Assembly: GCA_010909165.1 (NCBI GenBank)
Contig: MU008156.1
Span: forward strand, 310,001 to 374,000
Length of the DNA stretch: 64,000 bases
Reading direction: 5' to 3'
DNA from: Anthoceros angustus
Lineage: Eukaryota > Plantae > Anthocerotophyta
Shown here: positions 37,527-48,300 of the stretch, one piece after another
How positions within the stretch are numbered: position 1 is the stretch's first letter
Layout of the letters: every line of letters starts with the position of its first letter
Made by a program: the position numbers and the translations under genes
The notes under the pieces: model-generated
What the model saw: only the letters and a program-made list of their open reading frames with translations
Database searches by the model: none
Told to the model about the DNA's origin: nothing

Positions 37527-39834
37527 ACAGAGTTTTTTTTGCGCTTTCGAAAGGAGCATCCGAACATCAACATTGGCCAACGAGCATTTGAGAAACTGAA
37601 GCCCTTCTTCATCAAGTCCCTGCAAGAGAGAAATGTCTGTTGTTGTAGGTACCATGTCGAGATGGCGTTTTGAAGGACGCCTCGAACTTGCTACGCAGCC
37701 TCAAAGTGCACCTCCTGTGCGCGTGCAGCTGTGGGGTGTGTGGAGAGAAACCCGAGGAGGGGGACAAGTGCTACGCTCCTCGGAGATGTTTTACCTCCGT
37801 CCGCGAGATGGTGCAATCTGTTTTATGTCCTAGAGCACCAGATGAGGACTGGCATAGGCGAAAATGTTTGCTTGGTAAATGCAGCGCTTGTGGAGTTTCT
37901 AAGCTGGCCCTCTGTCCTAAGGAGGTTTCACAAGCAATTTTGCCGGAGGTGACGCTGAAGTGGCGGTGCTTTGAGTACCAGGAAGTGGGAGTGAATGAGG
38001 ACGGAACCTCTAAGACCGTAATAAAGCTAGTCTATAGGGAAACTCATCCTTGGCGATGATTGAATTCCTTCAAGATAAGCTGGCTGCCTTCATTTCACAT
38101 GATTACGTCCAAAGATGGCAAGCCACGGAGTTTGAATGCATTGATTGGTTTCGAGGATGTGATAGTTTCATTATGGACTTCTCGCGAACTATGCTTTCCA
38201 AGTTCGTAAGCGAGATACAATCAATGCAGCATAGTGATCAAGTGACTATCCTAGTCCATGTTACATATATGCGGATGGGGCGGTGGTAGAGGAGGACCCC
38301 TATTGCAATGTTCAAAAGTTTTACCACTTTTACATTAGTGATGACATGCACGACACTCTCTTTGTCCAAAGATGCCCTTATGCTACTGGGGATGGTTGCT
38401 GTCCAATGGATACAAGAGGCCACGGAGCATTGGATGTGGTCGGATGGTGCACTTCCCGGTTTAAGGCTTGCGGACCAAGCTATTTTGTGGCGGTACCCGG
38501 TCTAAGCGGGGATGCAAAATCTTTGTGGAGCTATTTTGGGTCAGGCCACGGAAAGGGGGAGCACGACGGGGCAGGTGCCATATTAAAGAGGGCACTACGT
38601 GGAGAAGAGTCACCTTCAGGCTGCAGTCTGCAGACATTGTCGAGTTCCTGCGTTCCAGTATATCTCATGGGGCACCATCCTCCTATGCAAGTGGCGAAAG
38701 GCAGGTGCAGAGGGTTTTTTGGTTGGTGGGAAAGAATGAAGTCAACCGCAGGGAGCGGTGGGGGTGTGCACCAATCCCGGGTTCTAAAGGCATGCACAAC
38801 ATTTACGGGGACTCAGCGGATGCAACCAACCCTCGGCTCAAGATGCGGCATCTAGCGTGTTTTTGTGCTATTTGCATGGACAGTGACCATGCGGCATGTG
38901 AGTCAGTGCCCCATACAGGCATCTGGCATTCAGTTACTTTGAGGCCGGACAATAGGGATCCTGTTGGTGGTCGACCGGTGCCGCACCATTGCTAAATGCT
39001 CCAGAGGATGGGCCGCTGCTGTTGGACGAGGTTGCAAATGAGGATGTCTCGAACTCGCAGACCTCTTAGAGCTTGGAGACAACTTTCAGTGCGTGCGGAT
39101 CCTAGGGATGAAGGTTCAAGTTTTTATTTGGCAAAATGCACGCATGCGGTGCATGTGACCACGAGCACATTACATCCATGGAGCAAGCAAAACTTCCTCC
39201 CGGTGACAAGGTAGTTGTGGGCCAATACTACTACTCGGGCGTGAGCGGATGGTTGTGTGTACACTTTGGACTACGATTCCATGGAGGTCACCCTTCTTTC
39301 AACTGCGTGAGAGTTGCAAGTTCCCCGTTGGAGCAGTGGAAGGAGGCCGGCTATTATGTCGGACTCGAGACACGGCCGAGTCCTTTAAAGAGCTTGTGAG
39401 GGAGGGAAACTAGGACATATGCCCATGCCTTCACGAAATGACCTTGATCGACTTCTAAATACCATGGTGCAGTAACCATCTTCACACGCAAAGGTCTCGT
39501 GCACTCCATGAATATGGAGCACTTTGCAGATTGCGGCATTGCGGTGATAAGCTCTAACGCAAAATCCGGTGAAAACCCCGCCGTCGAGGTTTATGATGTA
39601 AGCTTGAAGCAAGTGAGCCATGGCTGCGGAGATGGTGCGGTGTTCTTTGTTTGGCGGTAGCGGTGTTGTTCTGCGATGGCGGTAGCGGGTCGCGAGGCGG
39701 GTGTGGGTGCGATGGCGGGCACGGGGTTGGAGCGATCTGGAGGCGGATGGCGGCGACCATTCATGGCTCGGGCAGCCCTCTTGGGCAAGTGTCGGAAGAC
39801 CCGTGGTCATTTGGCGGTGATCACAGCCGCAGAT

Positions 39835-39860
39835 CACTACTAGAAACCATGCCCTTTAAC
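39835..39860 (+). repeat. Extra CACTA left TIR (first copy of the duplication)
   Basis: GAT|CACTACTAGAAACCATGCCCTTTAAC. Confidence 0.85.
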
Positions 39861-40204
39861 ACGGACTTTACAGCGGGTTTACGGTTACTACTACGTGATG
39901 GCGCCCGTAGTAAACACAAGCGTTAATTTCGTGGTAATGTTCCCATCACAGTATCTTAGGGCTATATACTATAATTTAATACAATATGTATACGGAGTAA
40001 TTTATTTATATATAAGGTTAGTACGGACCTATAGTTTACTTTACTACATAAATTAACCCCATTTTTTACTATGGGTGTAAAACGTATAAACCTAGATCAC
40101 CGGTTAATAAACCAAGGTTTGTTGACTAGTGTTAATTAACCATGATTTATTAACTGGTATTATTTAACCTATGGTTTGTTAAGCGGGTCTCTTTTAAAAG
40201 CGTC

Positions 40205-40316
40205 GTAGTAAAATGCCATGTAGTAAAACGTCCGTAGTAAAATGCCATGTAGTAAAACGTCCGTAGTAAAATGCCATGTAGTAAAACGTCCGTAGTAAAA
40301 TGCCATGTAGTAAAAG
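40205..40316 (+). repeat. CACTA subterminal tandem array, 29-bp unit GTAGTAAAATGCCATGTAGTAAAACGTCC (second copy at 41832-41945)
   Basis: About four tandem units. The same GTAGTAAA core recurs about eight times at the right end (62920-63300). Confidence 0.85.
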
Positions 40317-42526
40317 CATAATAAACACCTATAGTAAAACTTTGTAGTAAAAGCTCTGCGAGAAACCACTTGTAGTGCATACTACAAGGGTTTCGATTGC
40401 TAAACTAGAAAAAGGCAATAGTAAAACATCCTAGTATAAGTACCTTAGAGTTTAGGGTGTTTGGGAGTATGTTGACAAAAATGGCACGAATCTACTATCC
40501 GGACGGATCACGCAACTATTCCACACTCTAGTCTTTAGCTCATCCCTACATTCCACTAGGTGCAATTCACATCATCTCCACCCGGTTGCAACTCTAATGC
40601 ATGGCCCCAAGAATAATCCAACTTCCAAAAAGGATGCCATTAGCAAATTCGAACAAGCATAGACAAAGCGAGGTTGTCTCGAACTCGCAGACCTCTTAGA
40701 GCTTGGAGACAACTTTTCGTGCGTGCGGATCCTAGGGATGAAGGTTCAAGTTTTTATTTGGCAAAATGCACATTGCATGCATGTGACCACGGAGCACATT
40801 ACACATCCATGGAGCAAGCAAAACTTCCTCCGGTGACAAGGTAGTTGTGGGCCAATACTACTACTCGCGTGGTAGGATGGTTGTGTGTACACTTTGGACT
40901 ACGATTCGCGGAGGTCACCCTTCTTTCAACCTGCGTGAGAGTTGCAAGTTCCCGTTGGAACGAGTGGAAGGAGGCCGGCTATTGTATGTCGGACTCGAGA
41001 CACGAGTCCTTTAAAGAGCTTGTGAGGGAGGGAAACTAGGACATATGCCCATGCCTTCACGAAATGACCTTGATCGACTTCTAAATACCATGGTGCGGTA
41101 ACCATCTTCACACGCAAAGGTCTCGTGCACTCGCATGAATATGGAGCACTTTGCAGATTGAATTGCGGTGATAAGCTCTAACGCAAAATCCGGTGAAAAC
41201 CCCGCCGTCGAGGTTTGTACGATGTAAGCTTGAAGCAAGTGAGCCATGGCTGCGGAGATGGTGCGGTGTTCTTTGTTTGGCGGTGTTGCCTGCGATGGCG
41301 GTAGCGGGTCGCGAGGCGGGTGTGGAGTGCGATGGCGGGCACGGGGTTGGAGCGATCTGGAGGCGGATGGCGGCGAAGACCATTCATGGCTCGGGCAGCC
41401 CTCTGGGCAAGTGTCAGGGAAGACCTGCGTGGTCATTTGGCGGTGATCGACGCGCAGATCACTACTAGAAACCATGCCCTTTAACACGGACTTTAATGGG
41501 TTTACAAGTTACTACTACGGTGATAAAGCGCCCGTAGTAAACACAAAGCGTTAATTTCCGTGGTAATGTTCCCATCTGTATCTTAGGGCTATATACTATA
41601 ATTTAATACAATATGTATACGGAGTAATTTATTTATATATAAGGTTAATGCGGACCTATAGTTTACTTTACTACATAAATTAACCCCATTTTTTACTACG
41701 GTGTAAAGCGTATAAACCTAGATCACCGGTTAATAAACCAAGGTTTGTTGACTAGTGTTAATTAACCATGATTTATTAACTGGTATTATTTAACCTATGG
41801 TTTGTTAAGCTGGGGTCTCTTTTAAAAGCGTCGTAGTAAAATGCCATGTAGTAAAACGTCCGTAGTAAAATGCCATGTAGTAAAACGTCCGTAATAAAAT
41901 GCCATGTAGTAAAACGTCCGTAGTAAAATGCCATGTAGTAAAACATAATAAACACCTATAGTAAAACTTTGTAGTAAAAGCTCTGCGAGAAACCACTTGT
42001 AGTGCATACTACAAGGGTTTCGATTGCTAAACTAGAAAAAGGCAATAGTAAAACATCCTAGTATAAGTACCTTAGAGTTTAGGGTGTTTGGGAGTATGTT
42101 GACAAAAATGGCGAGAATCTACTATCCGGACGGATCACGCAACTATTTACACTCTAGTCTTTAGCTCATCCCTACATTCCACTAGGTGCAATTCACATCA
42201 TCTCCACCATGCAACTCTAATGCATGGCCCCAAGAATAATCCAACTTCCAAAAAGGATGCCATTAGCAAATTCGAACAAGCATAGACAAGCAGAGGTTGT
42301 CTCGCCGAACCAAGACTCTCACCTAAAAGCGGGCTTATGCATCCTCGTGATCTCAACATCCTTCGCCAATTTGCGGGAAGATAATCCCTCACCATCCACC
42401 CATCATCGCAACATTTAGCTTCATGATGGCTTCCATGATCTTCCGTCGCATTCATCGATTAGGTATCACCTCCTTCAACATGTCCCACACCACAATAGCC
42501 TTCTCCTTCTCCCCATTTGCCCCAAC

Positions 42527-43958
42527 TGCGGATCGTCGTGCATCACTGTTGGGCACACAGTCTGCATCCGCGCTCGGTCCGGCCCGACCTTGGTGCAACA
42601 AGAAGCAGGCAAAAGGAAATTACATCCATGCCACACCGGACAAGCCAGCAGGCGCTCACGTGTCTTGTGGCGCACCTCGAATAAATGAATCAAAGGGCTG
42701 CCTACATTTGCACAGGTTCGTCAGTGACTGCCCGACACCCACACACACATTGCAATCGTTCGAGCCACATGCACACCAAAACCTTGCATTCCAATCAATC
42801 CAGCAACACAGCGGTTTTGCGTGAGTCTCAACATTCCCTTTCCACGGACTTGACAAGCTGGTTGTTGCGCCATCGCCGATCTTGAGGTCTTGGCCGCCAT
42901 CATGAGCAAGCACCTCCTCTCGGTGTGATGAGGCCACCACCTCGCGTGATCCTTTGGCGTTGCGGCGGGCTTCATGATGTAGCCCACGAGCCACTGCGGG
43001 TTTGCAGCCCTGGTTCTAGAAATGACCTAAATGGCCTAATAACCTATCCTGATAATGTCAGTTAAATAGCTTCATATGGGGTAAGCTAATTAATATCTAT
43101 TTCTTAATGGCCAAAATCACATATATAGCCAGCCTACCTCTAGGCTACTATATATATTCTTGTAAAACAAGTGCGGTGCCGCGGTACATCGTCGTGCATC
43201 ACCGGTATTGGGCACACAGTACGTGCATCCGCGCTCAGTCCGGCCCGACCTTGGTGCAACAAGAAAACAGGGCAAAAATTACATCCATGCCACCCCGGAC
43301 AAGCCAACGGACAAGCCAGCAGGCGCTTTCTTGTGGCGCACCTCGAATAAATGAATCAAAGGGCTGCCTACACTGGAGTTAAACCGTGACAAGTGACTGC
43401 CGCACCCACACATTGTTACCCAATCGTTCGAGCCACATGCACTTGCATTCCAATCAATCCAACACACGCGGTTTTGCGTGAGTCTCAACATTCCCTTTCC
43501 ACGGACTTGACAAGCTGGTTGTTCTCGGTACGCCATCGCCGATCTTGAGGTCTTGGCCGCCATCATGAGCTAGCACCTCCCTCTCGGTGTGATGAGGCCA
43601 CCACCTCGCGTGATCCTTTGGCCGTTGCGGCCGGCTTCATGATGTAGCCCACGAGCCACTGCGGGTTTGCAGGTTCTAGAAATGACCTAAATGGCCTAAT
43701 AACCTATCGATAATGTCGGTTAAATAGCTTCATATGGGGTAAGCTAATTAATATCTATTTCTTAATGGCCAAAATCACATATATAGCCAGCCTACCTCTA
43801 GGCTACTATATATATTCTTGTAAAACAAGTGCGGTGCCGCGGTACATCGTGCGTGCATGCGGTATTGGGCACACAGTACGTGCATCCCGCGCTCAGTCGG
43901 CCCGACCTTGGTGCAACAAGAAAAGCAGGGCAAAAATTACATCCATGCCACACCCCGG
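42527..43958 (-). repeat. 3' terminal repeats of element E: B(43839-43958) A(43299-43838) B(43181-43298) A(42639-43180) B(42527-42638)
   Basis: B (about 115 bp, gcggtacatcgtcgtgcatc...catccatgccacaccg) occurs three times and A (about 540 bp, gacaagccagc...tattcttgtaaaacaagtgcggtgcc) twice. Confidence 0.8.
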
Positions 43959-44224
43959 TGATGGACGGGCTAGAAGAAAAGCGGCATGGCGAAGAAGGAG
44001 AAGCTGGAATTATCCATGGAAGGAAAGAATAAGGAAACCCCAAGCAGCCAGCATCACGGCCATGCTCAAGCACGATTACAACGCTATGGGGCCATAGCAC
44101 CTGTCACCGTAGAATGGCGGATGCCACATGAACCCAATTGTGACTAGCGACCATGAAACCTTGCAATGCAATCACATCCATCTTCACAAGCGGAAGCAAT
44201 TGAAGCAGTCACACACGAGTGGCA

Positions 44225-44350
44225 GTTTCAGCACACTTTGAACAATACCAAAGTTGCTCGGGAACCTCGAAAGGTGGTACAAGCGAAAAAGGTGGAACCC
44301 CCATTGCATCCATCACAAAGCGGCATGAGCTCTGCGTCATCCGTCGACTC
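44225..44350 (-). pseudogene. PHD finger at the C-terminus of the element E integrase
   Basis: Across two small indels it reads DDAELMPLCDGCNGG.HLF.L.PPFEVPEQLWYCSKCA, matching the LLCDxCxxxxHxxCLxPPxxxVPxxxWxCxxC pattern of PHD fingers. Confidence 0.7.
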
Positions 44351-44399
44351 TGGTCATGGGTAATCCGCTGGTGGATCAATCATTACAATGGTGGGGTCA

Positions 44400-45313
44400 A
44401 GGTTAGGGAGATGGCATGGGCACAATTTTGGTGTGATCGAAATGACCACCGCCATATCCTGCGGCACCAACACTCCATTGGACTTGACCTCCACGATCCT
44501 AAGCACATGTCTGCTGGAAGTCTCTCAGTGTCAGCTGTTTGGCGTTGAAGATACACGAAATCCCACTGGAATTTCTTAAGCTTGGGCTGAAGCTCCCATT
44601 GCAGTGTGGGCATACCTTAGTGTGTCCGATCTTTGTGCAATGTGCAAATTTTCCATAGCCATCGGCATCACTTTCGACGGAAAAGGCAGCCACATCACCT
44701 ATCATCCTAGCCCAAGTGGGTGGATCATCACGAGACCACGCATCTGTTTAGCGATGGAGCTAGGTGGAGCAGGCTCCACTGCCAAAAAGAAGGAAATAGG
44801 GTGAGAAATGAGCTAGGGAAGCGTCTTGGCTCATTCGGTACCCCATCAATATATAAGGCAGATGATGTCCCAATCCCCTTGGCTGCTGCAGACGAGCTTC
44901 GGAGGCCCTTTTGATGGTTTGAACCATCCTCTCGGTAACCCGTCGGCGAGGGTGGTCCCTGCTGGTCCTCCTGTGGTCAATTAGTGCCACATCCAGCAGG
45001 TCTTGGAATTCCCTCGGAATTCAGACCTTAGTCGGTGAGACACTCGCGCAAGCGCGGCTCGGCCGTTCTGCAAGAAAGCACATGGCGTGCTCTGGATGAC
45101 TTGTCAGCAACGCCCGCGGCCTCCACCACTTGCTAAAGTGCTCTATCATCACCAAGATGTACCCGTTACCCCTTGGTGTCTTGGGCGGCTCTCCTATGAG
45201 GTCGCGGGACCACACGAAGAAGAGCCCCATGATGGAGTGGGTGCGGCTGGGTCTTTGCATAGTGAAGGATGTTTAGCAGTCACATGGCTCCACGCGACAC
45301 ATTCCGGACTTGT
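44400..45313 (-). pseudogene. Integrase catalytic core and C-terminal part of element E
   Basis: VWSRDLIG..KTPRGNGYILVMIEHFSKW, LTD*GSEF, IDHRRTSRDHP..TERMVQTIKRA and HLPYILMGYRMS..SPYFLLFG form a D,D(35)E integrase. Confidence 0.88.
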
Positions 45314-48300
45314 TGTGGACTCTGGACTTCCACAGGGGTTAGAAATTAGGTAGGGTTTTGTTTTTGTGGAGGCGAAGGATAAAATGAGGCGAAAAAGGAA
45401 ATAAGCGGTTAGCACTCGGACGGCACTCGGAGTATACTCGACTCGGAGTGAGGCGTACCTAGGCCTACGATGGCGGGCGACGAGTAGCAGGATAAGTCGG
45501 ACCCACTCCGGGACCGAGGCGGGATAAATCGCCCGGTAACTTAGAAGTTGGGCGTGAGGGCGGACGCGGCGCCACGTGGGCGACCACGAGTGGAGGGCGG
45601 GCATGCTGGCCAGGTCGGGGCCGTAACCTTGCGAGGCCGTTATAGCGGTATTCACGCCCATGCGTGGCGTAGCAGGCAGCGGCGTAAGGCAATCTGGCAG
45701 CGTGGGGCGAGTAAGCCATGCAGACCTCAGCGATTCAGACGAGGCGCCCTCCGCCCGGGTTACTCCGGCGTGGGGAAGAAGGTCATTTGCTGACCTCGAG
45801 ACAATTCTCGCGATCTCTTGCGCTCCATGATCCGGCTCTGGCGGTATCTCGTGGGACACTCGGGCGTCTTGGCGGCTCACCGTTGAGGTCGGGCGTGACA
45901 GCGAAGAAGGCGCAGCGGCGGTCTCCTGACTCACGGCAACAAGAGGAGAAGGCGATGGCACCCAAAAGCCAGCGGAAGTTTGGGAGCCATGGAACCTTGT
46001 GGGCGCAACATTGTGACCGGCGCTATCCGGACTTTGGGCTCACGGCTCCGAGGCGGGAGGGTGGTGCGGGAGTGGCATTTGGATGTGTTCGGATGGTGCG
46101 GACATTTAGTGTCACTCTGGTCGGAGTTGCGAGGAAGATCTTGGCGGTCAATAAGGAGGTGCGGTCAAGAACCTCGGGAGGACCAAGGCGATGGACCTTG
46201 GAGGTCTGAGGCGGCCTAGCCCAAGGAGGAAGAGGGGATGCGGGCCCCTCAAGGCGAAGGGAAGATAGGGCCCGACCACGGCGTGATGCTAAGGCACAGG
46301 GGCAGCGGACCCTGTGTTGGGCGATATCAGGCACATTGGGACGGTCGAGTAAGGCGGTGGCGGATCATTGTCCTTTGGAACCTACTCACCAAGGTGGATC
46401 ACCTTGGTGATAATCTATTGTTCTGCAGCTGCGGCCAGGAAGAAGGCGGGGGGGAAGGATTATCTTCGCCGGTTTAGCGAGGCTCATAGCTCGGGGCGAA
46501 GCCTTAGCCATCCAGGCATCCCCATGCAGTCCATGTATGGGGGCATTTGCTCCTCGGAAGGAGAGCTTGAGGCGCTCGGAAAGGGAGAGCCTAGGAAGTG
46601 GAGGCGGGCAAGAGGCGGAGGAGGAGGCGGTCGTCAGCCAAGCGGACTCGGGAGGAGGCGGCGGGAGGGATTCGGACTCCATACGTGGAGCGGACCCCCT
46701 CACCCGAAGTATGGGAAGCAATTCCGCCTCCCTCCTTGGTGCCCCAACAGGCGGCCATCAGGCGAGGCGGCCCCAGGCCCAGCCCGGCCATCACTCGGTG
46801 AGGCCGGACGGGAGAGCGAAGAGGCGCAAGACCCACGGCTACCGCGGCACCCGGTCGGTGCAGTACCTCTTCCCTGCGGAGTGGCAAGCGGAGGAAGCGA
46901 TGGGAGGCGAAGGGGCGGAGGCGAGAGGACAGCGGCCGCATCGAGCAGTCACTGTCGCCCGGCGGAAGGGGCAAAAGGCGTGCTCCGGACTCCATCACCT
47001 CCATGAGCCCGGAAGGAGGCGAGAAGGGCTGACCAAAAGGGCCAAGGAGGTGGAAGCTCGGCCTCGGGACCTAAGGGTCTGATTGGGTCCGAGAGAACCA
47101 GTCCGGACTTACTCGGGGCTGCGGTATGGAGGTCCTTGACGGACCGTGAGATGCCCACTTCTACGGACTTTGTGGGAGCCTCACGGCGGTGGAAGAAACA
47201 CGGCGGGTCTTGCTACCGTCATGGGCCGGTATGCTGCAGGGACTGTGGGATGGCGAGAAAACCCGAGGTGAGCCACCGGGCGCATGGTGGAGCTTGGAGG
47301 CCGGGAGGCGAAGGAGGCGGAAACCTCGGCTCGGATTGAGGAAGAAGCGCGGGAGGCGGAGGAGTCTGGTCCATCGCAGGCCGGACCAAATTCCTTCAGT
47401 GGAGGAGCAGTGAGCGCCAGAGAGGCCCAGCGGAGGACCTCTGCGGGCGGAGGCCGAGCGAAGGAGGCGGAGGCGGCGGAGGCGGGGATCTGGCGGAGGC
47501 GGCCAGCGGACGAGCCAAGTGGAGGCTCGGTGAAGGTGGCCGAGGCGGAGGCCTCGGCAGGCCGATCGCGATCACTCGGCGTGATCGGGCCGGTGGAGGC
47601 GGTGAGGTGGCCGGCCAATCGAAGGCCGAGCAGTGGCAGTGAACAAGCGGTCGGCCGTGAGGAGGCGGAGGCCGGCACGGGAGATTGGGGACCTCGAGTG
47701 CAGTGCGGGAGGTAGAAGAGGCGGCGGGAGGCTGGAGGCAAGGACACCTTGGGTTGCAACTCCAAGATGCATCAGGCGGGGGTTCTCAGGAGAATCCAAG
47801 ACTTGACGAGAGGTGGCGCCTCCAGCTCCGCTTGAAGGCGGAGGAGAATGGCGGCGGTGCGAGGAGTTCGGCGTCGCAAGGTTGCGGCGGATGTGGAGGA
47901 AGCCGAGAGTCGGACGGGGATCGGCCGCTGGAGAAGGAAGTGGCGGACCTCGGGAAAGAATAGGCGGAGGAAAGCCTTGGAGGAGAGGCTGATTGCTCGT
48001 CCGGTTGCAGGAAGCGAAGGAGCTCGGCTCCATGGCCCATAAGCGGGCTGGAACAGCAGGAGGAGGAGAGCGTCGGCGGCGAAGGTTGCAAGAGAGAGCC
48101 TTGGCGGCCTCAAGTCCGCCCGCCTCGGTGGTAAGCAGCTTGGAGGAGGCGGCGGTGGGCGACTGCTCGATTCTTGGGAGCACCTGGAGGAGAAGTCTGG
48201 GTGCTCGGGCTCATGAGGAGGCGATTGACAAGTCGATTCGACCGCCTACTACCAGAGCTCCTCAAGGCTCTGGAGGTCTGCGCCACCCTAGGCGGGAGGT

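Larger units (their letters stand above)
36560..39370 (+). pseudogene. DDE transposase, tentatively Sola2-like, containing one intron; frameshifted
   Basis: QFWEASRPSSNSKD..FLDTSQ|TEFFLRFRKEHPNINIGQRAFEKLKPFF..RNVCCCRYHVE..KCLLGKCSACG..IMDFS..EIQSM..QVTILVHVTY..YISDD.HDTLFVQ..W.DGC..FK..WSYFGSGHGKGEHDGAGAILKRAL. The superfamily assignment is from my recollection of motifs and needs HMM confirmation. The 5' boundary is uncertain. Confidence 0.75.
39045..42304 (+). repeat. Tandem duplication of about 1.63 kb spanning the transposase 3' end, the TSD and the CACTA left terminus
   Basis: 39045-40674 is repeated at 40675-42304; GAGG(A/T)TGTCTCG occurs at the start, junction and end (about 39040, 40670 and 42293). 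Confidence 0.85.

Noticed and set aside
40205-40316. 29-bp direct repeats as a CRISPR array
   Set aside because: The units are directly adjacent with no unique spacers, no cas genes are present, and the core motif recurs at both CACTA ends as subterminal repeats.
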